Shown here: in pieces, positions 31,832-39,442 of the stretch
How positions within the stretch are numbered: the first letter of the stretch is position 1
How the letters are laid out: the number at the start of each line of letters is the position of its first letter
Assembly: GCA_965203295.1 (NCBI GenBank)
Contig: CBDBCZ010000019.1
Coordinates: 2,400,001-2,464,000 of the forward strand
Direction of reading: 5' to 3'
DNA length: 64,000 nucleotides
Origin: Nitrospirales bacterium
GTDB taxonomy: Bacteria > Nitrospirota > Nitrospiria > Nitrospirales > UBA8639
Position numbers and translations under genes: made by a program
The notes under the pieces: generated by a model
The model's input: only the letters and a program-made list of their open reading frames with translations
Told to the model about the DNA's origin: nothing
The model's database searches: none

Positions 31832-33184
31832 TTATTCCTTTACGAAATCTCTTTCCACTTTCTTGATCGTGCTCAAGACGTTTCCATCAGCAAGCCGACT
31901 CCGGACTTGTTCCCCACTTTCCACCTCCCGAACACTCCGAATGATCTGACCACCAGGGTAAGTCTCCAATATACTATACCCCCTGGTCAGAACAGCCAGT
32001 GGATTCAATGATTCTAACAAACCCGCAAGTTTTTGAAACTGTTGGCGTCTCATTGTCAAAGTTTTGGGAAGTTCTTGATGAAGCCGCCGTTGAAGCTGTG
32101 GGACAAGCACTCGGATCTGTTGAATACGCTTCTGAGGACTATGCAGGTTAAGATTTCCCATCAAAGAAAAGAACGACGAGCGAAGAAATCTCGTTGACAC
32201 ATTCATCACCATACAAAGACGGTGTTCTACCTCATCTAAACGTTGCATGCGACGTTGTACCCAAGCTCCTGGGCTGGGCACCCTTTGACTCGATCGGTGA
32301 ATCTCTCGCTTTAAGAACGTGAGTTGGCTTCGCATGCTTCCCACAAGACGGCTTCTTTTTTCCAAGACTTTTCCTATAAGTTCTTCAAGGACTGGTGAAA
32401 CGGCTTCGGCTGCAACAGATGGGGTCGGGGCACGATAATCGGCTGCAAAATCAGTCAACGTAAAATCGATTTCGTGACCCACTGCTGAAACAATCGGTAT
32501 GGATGATTCGGCGATAGCCCGAACGACTACCTCTTCATTAAAACACCAAAGATCCTCCCATGATCCACCTCCCCGACCGACAATCATCACATCTACAAGA
32601 CCTCGTTTATTGAGAATATAAATGGCTTCGGCAATGTGATCTGCAGCACCCTCTCCCTGAACCGGGACCGGATGGATTAGGATGTGAATAACGGGGCACC
32701 GTCTTCTCAGCACTGTCATCATGTCATGAAGAGCAGCCCCTGACAGGGAGGTCACCAATCCAACTCTCTTGGGCAAAAATGGCAAGGGTTTTTTTCTACT
32801 CGAATCGAAGAGACCTTCCTTTTCGAGTTTTTCTTTAAGTTGTTCAAAGGCTAACTGCAAAGCCCCGATGCCCTTGGGCTCAAGATATTCCAGAATGACT
32901 TGATAATCTCCACGTGGTTCGTACACGCTTACACGGCCCCGGACGATGACCAAAAGCCCATCTTGAAGGGCAAATCGAAGCAGGTGCGCCACGTTCCTAA
33001 AAAGAACCGCACGAATTTGGGCATTGTTATCTTTCAGGGTAAAGTAAATATGACCTGAGGAAGGGAGGCGGAGGGTTGAGACTTCCCCTTCCACCCAAAC
33101 ATCTGAAAATTCTTGTTCGAGGGTATGCCTGACCCGAGTGGTCAGTTCCGAGACAGTGAGAACATGAAGAAGGGGCGAGGGCAC
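31832..33184 (-). CDS. xseA: exodeoxyribonuclease VII large subunit
   Basis: SGHIYFTLKD, GRGGGSWEDLWCFNEE, SAVGHEIDFT, RAPTPS, NPLAVLTRGYS. Confidence 0.96.
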   Translation of the reverse strand: MPSPLLHVLTVSELTTRVRHTLEQEFSDVWVEGEVSTLRLPSSGHIYFTLKDNNAQIRAVLFRNVAHLLRFALQDGLLVIVRGRVSVYEPRGDYQVILEYLEPKGIGALQLAFEQLKEKLEKEGLFDSSRKKPLPFLPKRVGLVTSLSGAALHDMMTVLRRRCPVIHILIHPVPVQGEGAADHIAEAIYILNKRGLVDVMIVGRGGGSWEDLWCFNEEVVVRAIAESSIPIVSAVGHEIDFTLTDFAADYRAPTPSVAAEAVSPVLEELIGKVLEKRSRLVGSMRSQLTFLKREIHRSSQRVPSPGAWVQRRMQRLDEVEHRLCMVMNVSTRFLRSSFFSLMGNLNLHSPQKRIQQIRVLVPQLQRRLHQELPKTLTMRRQQFQKLAGLLESLNPLAVLTRGYSILETYPGGQIIRSVREVESGEQVRSRLADGNVLSTIKKVERDFVKE

Positions 33185-33197
33185 AAAAAGATACCCC

Positions 33198-33977
33198 TTA
33201 TTCAAGCACCTGCATCCGCGTAATGTCAGTGGCCTTGCCCGTTGGCCAATCAATGTCAATGGCTACAGCACTCAAGACCGCAGCACCAGAAGCGACTTCA
33301 AAACGACAGGGCATTTGGGTCAGAAACTTTTGGATGACTAAATCCTTTTTAATCCCAATAACAGAATGTCTTGGTCCTGTCATGCCAATATCGGTAATGT
33401 AGGCTGTCCCATTTGGAAGAATTTGCTCGTCGGCTGTTTGAACGTGCGTATGTGTGCCGACTACCGCGGTCACTTCCCCATCAAGAAAATACCCCATGGC
33501 CATTTTCTCTGATGTGGTTTCCGCGTGCATATCCACCACGATGGCCTTGGTGAGCTTTCTCAACTTTTCCACTTCACGTTTGACGACTTGAAAGGGACAA
33601 TCCAGGGCAGGCATGAACGCCCGACCCATGACCTGAACGACTCCTAGTTTCTCACCTTTGAGGGTGGAAATGATATAGGCACCTGATCCAGGCGCTCCAT
33701 CAGGATAGTTGGCTGGCCGAAGCAGCCGAGGCTCTTTCTTGAAAAAAGGAATGATTTCCTTTTTGTCCCACGCGTGATTGCCTAACGTCACGGCCGAGAG
33801 ACCGACGTCAAATAAATCTCCTGCTATTTCCGGAGTGATACCGAATCCACCAGCAGCATTTTCTCCATTGCCTATGACGACATCCACCTGATGTTGCGTG
33901 ATGACTTGAGAAAGTTTGTTCAGGATCACACGACGTCCCGGTTCGCCCATGATATCGCCGATAAACAGTACTTTCAC
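33198..33977 (-). CDS. ymdB: YmdB-family metallophosphoesterase
   Basis: GDIMG, NGENAAGG, GNH, DMHAETTSEK, GTHTHVQTADE; follows rny. Confidence 0.92.
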   Translation of the reverse strand: MKVLFIGDIMGEPGRRVILNKLSQVITQHQVDVVIGNGENAAGGFGITPEIAGDLFDVGLSAVTLGNHAWDKKEIIPFFKKEPRLLRPANYPDGAPGSGAYIISTLKGEKLGVVQVMGRAFMPALDCPFQVVKREVEKLRKLTKAIVVDMHAETTSEKMAMGYFLDGEVTAVVGTHTHVQTADEQILPNGTAYITDIGMTGPRHSVIGIKKDLVIQKFLTQMPCRFEVASGAAVLSAVAIDIDWPTGKATDITRMQVLE

Positions 33978-33997
33978 AAATCACATGAACAGGGAAG

Positions 33998-35575
33998 TTA
34001 TTTGGCAAACTCCACGAACCGGTTTTCCCGAATGACCGTGACTTTAATTTGTCCAGGATAGGTCAATTCTTGTTCAATTTTCCTTGCCAATTCTCGAGAT
34101 AAATTGAATGTCTCGTTATCATTCATCTGCCCTTGACGGACGATGACACGGATTTCCCGACCAGCTTGAATGGCATAGGCCTTTTCAACTCCCTGGAACT
34201 CCATCGCCAGCGATTCAAGTTTCTCCAAGCGTTTCACATAAGCTTCAAGCGTTTCTCGGCGAGCCCCAGGCCTTGCCGCTGAAAGGGCCTCTGCTGCCGC
34301 AATCAACAGTGATTCCGGACAAATAGGTTCTACCTGCTCATGATGGGCAGCAATGGCGTTGACGATTTTCTCAGACTCACCATACCGCTTGGCCAGCTCG
34401 GCTCCTAAGAGGGCATGGGTCCCTTCTTCCTCCTGACTGACTACCTTTCCAATGTCATGCAACAAAGCCCCTCGTTTGGCCAATTTCACATCAAGACCCA
34501 ATTCTACCGCCATAATTCCACAGATATAGGCTGCTTCTCGGGCGTGGTAGAGATTGTTCTGTCCATAACTGGTTCGATATTTGAGACGTCCGAGCAGTTT
34601 GATAATTTCCGGGTGAAAATCCGAAAGGCCCACTTCAAAAATAACCTTTTCGGCATCTTCATACATAAGCTTATCCAGATCGCTCTTGACCTTTTCTACC
34701 ACTTCTTCAATACGGGTGGGATGGATGCGTCCGTCATGCATCAAACGCTCCAATGCCACTTTCGCAATCTCTCGGCGCAAAGGATCAAATCCAGACACAA
34801 TGACGGCTTCCGGTGTTTCATCCACGATCAAATCCACTCCCGTGGCCGCTTCAAGAGCTCGGATGTTTCGCCCTTCCCTTCCGATAATACGACCCTTCAT
34901 CCCATCGCTAGCCAGAGGAACCACAGAAATTGTGGTTTCATTGACGTAATCCCGAGTGATCCGTTGGATAGAGCGGGCCACGACTTCTCGAGCTTCTCGC
35001 TCCGCATGTTCACGAGCCTCGTCAAGGATGCGCTTGCTTAACCCGATGGACTCCATCCGAACTTCAGTTTCTATTTCAGTTAAGAGTTGTTTCTTGGCTT
35101 CCTCAACGGTAACCCCAGCAATTCGTTCCAACGCCTCTCGATGTAACTTCACGGCCTGCTCACACTCCGCTTCTTTCTTCACAACCTCCTGTTCACGCTG
35201 ACTTAATACCTTCTCGCGTTTTTTGGTTTCTTCTTCACGACGGTCCCATCCAGCTATTTTCTGGTCTATGGCTTCCTTCTTTTGGTTGAGCCGATTTTCA
35301 ATCATACTCAATTCAGAACGTTTTTCTTGTTCTCTTTTGTTAAGCTCTGCCTTTGTTTGCAACAAGTGATCTTTGGCCTCTAGCTTGGCCTCTTTGACAA
35401 GATTTTCAGCCTCCCGTTGAGCCGTTTGAGATATTTGTCGACAATGGTCTTCAGCTTCACGTCGCTGGTCCCTCAATTGATTGCGTTGAAAGACATTGTG
35501 CAACACAACCCCTAAGAGCCCACACAGAATTCCAACTATAGTGGAGATCACGATGGTGTGCAGCATAGTAGCCAC
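33998..35575 (-). CDS. rny: ribonuclease Y
   Basis: TM helix, coiled coil, KH domain (KGRIIGREGRNIR), HD domain (LLHDIGK), SAARPGARRE. Confidence 0.97.
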   Translation of the reverse strand: MATMLHTIVISTIVGILCGLLGVVLHNVFQRNQLRDQRREAEDHCRQISQTAQREAENLVKEAKLEAKDHLLQTKAELNKREQEKRSELSMIENRLNQKKEAIDQKIAGWDRREEETKKREKVLSQREQEVVKKEAECEQAVKLHREALERIAGVTVEEAKKQLLTEIETEVRMESIGLSKRILDEAREHAEREAREVVARSIQRITRDYVNETTISVVPLASDGMKGRIIGREGRNIRALEAATGVDLIVDETPEAVIVSGFDPLRREIAKVALERLMHDGRIHPTRIEEVVEKVKSDLDKLMYEDAEKVIFEVGLSDFHPEIIKLLGRLKYRTSYGQNNLYHAREAAYICGIMAVELGLDVKLAKRGALLHDIGKVVSQEEEGTHALLGAELAKRYGESEKIVNAIAAHHEQVEPICPESLLIAAAEALSAARPGARRETLEAYVKRLEKLESLAMEFQGVEKAYAIQAGREIRVIVRQGQMNDNETFNLSRELARKIEQELTYPGQIKVTVIRENRFVEFAK

Positions 35576-35654
35576 CCCCTTCTCTAATTATCTCGAATAG
35601 GGGAAGGTATGACTTTCAAAATCGAGAAAGCAGATCCCTTCGAGATAAACAATA

Positions 35655-36065
35655 TATGAATGGAATGGGGTTGAGGGAGAATTGAGAGATTCGGAAAAGA
35701 CGAAAGAGGAAAAACCTTTAACCGGTCGAGGAAAAACAGTTTAAGGATATTGGTAGAAGACTGGGAAAAACTTCAATCCACGGATGCGATGTTGGGAGGC
35801 TATCTTCTTCCTCAAGATTCCTTACCTTACTTTCTACCTCTTTAAGAAAATGGGGAAGCGCTATTTTAGAAAATCCTTATCATTAGCACTTTTCTAAAGA
35901 GTCTGCTGTTCCCCTCATTAAAAACACCTTCAACGCCTTGCCTTGGTCTTCAAAATAATCCAACAGTTTCCTTTCAAAAAACACCTACTTCTCATCAGAT
36001 CCAGAATAGCTGAACAAGTTTCCAGCTATGAGCAATTCTTTTTGGCACCACATTCCATTTTTTCC
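35655..36065. ncRNA. candidate long structured RNA in the zapA-rny interval (6S RNA position)
   Basis: Nested collinear inverted repeats (see findings); no canonical 6S sequence recognised. Confidence 0.35.
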
Positions 36066-36110
36066 AAATACTTAACCTCCGATAAAAAGTCGGATTTTAC
36101 CTTAATAACA

Positions 36111-36139
36111 AGCGTAACAGAGAGTCTCATTGAATTCAA
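36111..36139 (-). promoter_or_regulatory. possible sigma70 promoter just downstream of zapA
   Basis: TTGAAT-N17-TACGCT with an extended -10 TG. Confidence 0.4.
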
Positions 36140-36152
36140 GTATGGCCTTCCA

Positions 36153-36434
36153 TCAAACCTTTAACTGTTCATCAATCGACTCTAGTATCCCCAATGTACG
36201 ACGTTCAATTTCTGCATCTCCTTGACGACGCCGTTTCTCATGCTGAAACAACTGATCCGCGATATTGATGGCAGCAAGAATGGCGGCTTTCGTGGGTGTC
36301 ATGGTGTTGCTCCCCTGTGCAACGGTTTCCATTTGGCCTTCAACGTACTGGACCAATTCCTTCACGTAGGCTTCCTCAGCCTCACCTTGGATCACCAACC
36401 GCTGCCCGTAGATCTCTACCTCAATTCCTTTCAT
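36153..36434 (-). CDS. zapA: cell division protein ZapA
   Basis: IEVEIYGQRL...YVKELVQYVEGQM...AILAAINIAD. Confidence 0.92.
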   Translation of the reverse strand: MKGIEVEIYGQRLVIQGEAEEAYVKELVQYVEGQMETVAQGSNTMTPTKAAILAAINIADQLFQHEKRRRQGDAEIERRTLGILESIDEQLKV

Positions 36435-36684
36435 CGTGAATCACCACTGAATGCCCATTCTGGCTTTCTAGAAATTCCAATTCACCTAACACCTTTTCTA
36501 TGCGGTGCCTAATATTGGATCGTTCTTCTTCCCAACTTTGCGAAAGGTCTTCTTGCTTAACCAACCGGTTCCGCAGCACCTGAAGTTCTTCTTCCAAGAC
36601 GGCTTTATCATGTTTTAACGCCTGAACGAGGCCCACCAACTTCCGAACTTGAGCCTCCAATGCTTCTAGTTTCTCCAAGATCAT
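36421..36684 (-). CDS. zapB: cell division protein ZapB-like coiled coil
   Basis: LEKLEALEAQVRKLV...RHRIEKVLGEL; directly upstream of zapA. Confidence 0.8.
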   Translation of the reverse strand: MILEKLEALEAQVRKLVGLVQALKHDKAVLEEELQVLRNRLVKQEDLSQSWEEERSNIRHRIEKVLGELEFLESQNGHSVVIHDERN

Positions 36685-36716
36685 ACCCCTCTCCTCACTT
36701 TTCTCAGAATGGTCAG

Positions 36717-36745
36717 ACTATAAGAGCTTTAACAAACTCTGTCAA
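36717..36745 (-). promoter_or_regulatory. sigma70 promoter of zapBA
   Basis: TTGACA-N17-TATAGT, near-consensus. Confidence 0.7.
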
Positions 36746-36749
36746 GAAT

Positions 36750-38942
36750 CTATCCACTATATGTGGTGGATGTTAACCTATGGTATGTACGATAGCTAGT
36801 GAAAACTCGCTTCACATAACGTCTCGTTTCTCTGTAGGAAATGAGTTCCACAAATTCGTCGGTTTCCGAATTTCCAAACCGAGAGATCCACCCATGAACA
36901 GCCTGTGGGCCCGCATTATAGGCCGCCACGGCATGAACCATATCATCTTCGAACTGATCGAGTAATTGTTGAAGGTATAGGGTTCCCAACCGAATGTTGG
37001 TATCACCGACCTTCAGGGCTTCCTTTTCAATTCTTGGCAAACCGAACTCCCGAGCAACCCGCTTAGCGGTCTTGGGCATCAACTGCATAAGCCCGACTGC
37101 CCCGACTGGGGAAAGGGCCTCTGTGTCGTATAAACTCTCCTCGCGAATGAGGGCAGAAACGAGAAAGGGATCTAATTTCTTTCCCGCGTAAGCCTGAATG
37201 ATAGAAAGATACCCAGTGGGATAGGCAATCAGATTTAAGCCTGGATAGACATCGAACTGCCCCCTATCGATCTGATCTTCAAAGTAACGTTGCGCCAAAG
37301 CTAATGCGTCGGAATACGCTCTGGCTTGATTGAGAAGAACCAAAGTTCTGGATACAACTTTGGGGTTAGAACGGAAATGTTTTACCGTGGCCAACAGCTC
37401 ATTCTTTGCTTCTTCGTATAAGCGGAGCTCTATTAATTGATGGGCTTTCTGGACATGAAGATTTCTGGTCAAGGCTGGCAAATTTTCTGTTGTCGGAGGG
37501 AAAAACCGTTTACGCGACTGCGGCAGATGACTAAAGGAATCATCCTCTTGAAAACGTAGCCGGCTAAGCTGCCCATAATACGTCCCTGGAAATTCTTGGG
37601 CCAAACGAGCATAGAGGGTTTGGGCTGCATCCTTCTTTCCACTGTTCTCAAGAGCCCGAGCACCCCAATATCGTGCCCGTAGTATGACTGATCGAATACC
37701 CGCGGCAGCATCCAATTTTTTAAAGGTGGCGACCGCACTTTCATAGTCTTGACTGCGATAGGCCATCCACCCGATTCGCCACAGCGCATCACGACCAGCT
37801 GATGAAGACCCAGCAATCTGTGCCGCCTCACGGTAGCTTGCTCGTGCCTCTTCCATTCGTCCTTGGTCTTCTAACCAAAGTCCTCCCATCCACACAATTT
37901 TGGCTTTTCGAGAAGGAGAAAGACGTGCAAAGGTTTCCTTGTTTCTCACACTCAACAATTCCTTCCCTCTATCCTGGCGAAGGTAGGACTTCGCCAACCA
38001 AACCCCTGCTTTGCCAGCGTTGGCATCCCCTTGTTTGAGTAATTCTTCAAACAAAGGGGCAGCATGGTCATACTGCTTCAGACGCACATGCGCCATTCCC
38101 AGATCAAACTTTGCGTCAGACTGCAAACTTCCGGTAAGACCATGCGAAAGAAGGTACTGGAAATCAGCGATGGCCTCTGGGAAAAGAGCCAACCGGTAAA
38201 ACCGACGGGCCCGTTTATATCGAACCTTCACAGAAGCAACCCATTGTCCCTTCTTGAGTTGCATCGCATCTAAACGATCTTGTGCAGTACTGGCCTCAGG
38301 GGTATCGGGGAATCGCCACCAGACTTCTTCAAGAGCCTCACGTGATCTGCTTGTCTGTCCCAATTGAAGAGCACAATTTGCCAATTCCAAGAGATCGCTG
38401 GGAGCAGATGGATCATCTGGTTCCTCAGAAATTCCCGAATGCAGAAAGTCTACGGCAGGTCCGCATTCTCCTAGGTTAGACCAAGCTCGACCGGCTTGAA
38501 GAGAGGCCTCTGTTGCCAATACGGATTGCGGGAACTGTTCAACAAAGAACTGAAAGGTTTCTGCAGCTTGACGCATTTGCCATGCCTTCAGCAAAGCTCC
38601 ACCCATCCAAAAGTGAAAATAGTCGTCTAAGACCGGAAAATCCCGCGGCCCAGTTTGGAAATATGGCAAAGCGGCAGAGGGATCTTCCATGAGCAACAAC
38701 AGACCAACGTGCACTCCTGCTCGTTTTCCCCATAATGACGTTGGATCTGTTTGATGAATAGAACGAAAGCGCTTCAATTGATCGGAAATTAACTCGGGGT
38801 TGTTTTCTTGAAAAGACTGCGCCTCTCGAAAACATTCCTCCCCTGTTGTACAAACTTCTTGAGAAACATGGGACTCAGACAAAGACTGAACCCCAGTCAA
38901 TAGTATTCCCATTAAGATCCCGCTTACGCTTACTAATCGCAT
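36750..38942 (-). CDS. soluble lytic transglycosylase (SLT domain) with TPR repeats
   Basis: ALIREES, SPVGAVGLMQLMP, AAYNAG, ETRRYVKRV; helical repeats and a signal peptide. Confidence 0.92.
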   Translation of the reverse strand: MRLVSVSGILMGILLTGVQSLSESHVSQEVCTTGEECFREAQSFQENNPELISDQLKRFRSIHQTDPTSLWGKRAGVHVGLLLLMEDPSAALPYFQTGPRDFPVLDDYFHFWMGGALLKAWQMRQAAETFQFFVEQFPQSVLATEASLQAGRAWSNLGECGPAVDFLHSGISEEPDDPSAPSDLLELANCALQLGQTSRSREALEEVWWRFPDTPEASTAQDRLDAMQLKKGQWVASVKVRYKRARRFYRLALFPEAIADFQYLLSHGLTGSLQSDAKFDLGMAHVRLKQYDHAAPLFEELLKQGDANAGKAGVWLAKSYLRQDRGKELLSVRNKETFARLSPSRKAKIVWMGGLWLEDQGRMEEARASYREAAQIAGSSSAGRDALWRIGWMAYRSQDYESAVATFKKLDAAAGIRSVILRARYWGARALENSGKKDAAQTLYARLAQEFPGTYYGQLSRLRFQEDDSFSHLPQSRKRFFPPTTENLPALTRNLHVQKAHQLIELRLYEEAKNELLATVKHFRSNPKVVSRTLVLLNQARAYSDALALAQRYFEDQIDRGQFDVYPGLNLIAYPTGYLSIIQAYAGKKLDPFLVSALIREESLYDTEALSPVGAVGLMQLMPKTAKRVAREFGLPRIEKEALKVGDTNIRLGTLYLQQLLDQFEDDMVHAVAAYNAGPQAVHGWISRFGNSETDEFVELISYRETRRYVKRVFTSYRTYHRLTSTTYSG

Positions 38943-39129
38943 AGGAGAGTCATTTCTTCGATTAGCGGACTTTTAAAAAAGATGGAGCATGAAGGAAAAA
39001 ACTCAAATTAAAATGTTAAGATCCAGCCGACTTGGCCCTATCGGCTATTATGCTTATTGTACATTCAAGATTCGATATTGTTAATGAGATATGAAGTTCA
39101 AAAGTTTCGTTCTAGAGTTCGGCTTTTAC

Positions 39130-39296
39130 TCTCCTTCGCCAGAATGCCCCACCCAGAAGGGTGGGGTTGAATGACCAAGAGAGCCCTCCGAAGCCTTGTC
39201 GCCGACGCTCGCGACGGAGCCGCGAAGGGGGGCTGATCGCTACGGAGAGTTTCGCAATAAAGAAGAAGCCCCGCACGGGAGCGCGGGGAGCTTCAC
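39130..39296 (+). mobile_element. non-autonomous IS200/IS605-family element (PATE/MITE-like)
   Basis: TTAC at 39126-39129; left hairpin CCCCACCC-AGAA-GGGTGGGG (39147-39166); right hairpin GAAG-CCCCGC..GCGGGG (39265-39288); ends in TCAC; no transposase. Confidence 0.7.
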
Positions 39297-39442
39297 CTGG
39301 GCGTACAGATTCGAGAGGGAAGAATTCAGGTAGCATTGAAGCGTAACCAATCACGCCTGAATGCCATCAGAATTCACCGTCTCCCACATTCATTTGTGGG
39401 TTTATGTGTCGCGGGCATTACTATGTAAGAGAGGAGTGGACT

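Noticed and set aside
34415..35041. 208-aa + strand ORF and many similar short ORFs across the window
   Set aside because: Antisense or alternative-frame shadows inside well-supported genes.
35943..36164. 73-aa ORF in the zapA-rny gap
   Set aside because: TTG start, no RBS, no motif, overlaps the zapA end; better explained as non-coding.
39112..39354. ORFs on both strands over the mini-element
   Set aside because: Translations of GC-rich palindromic DNA with no transposase motifs.
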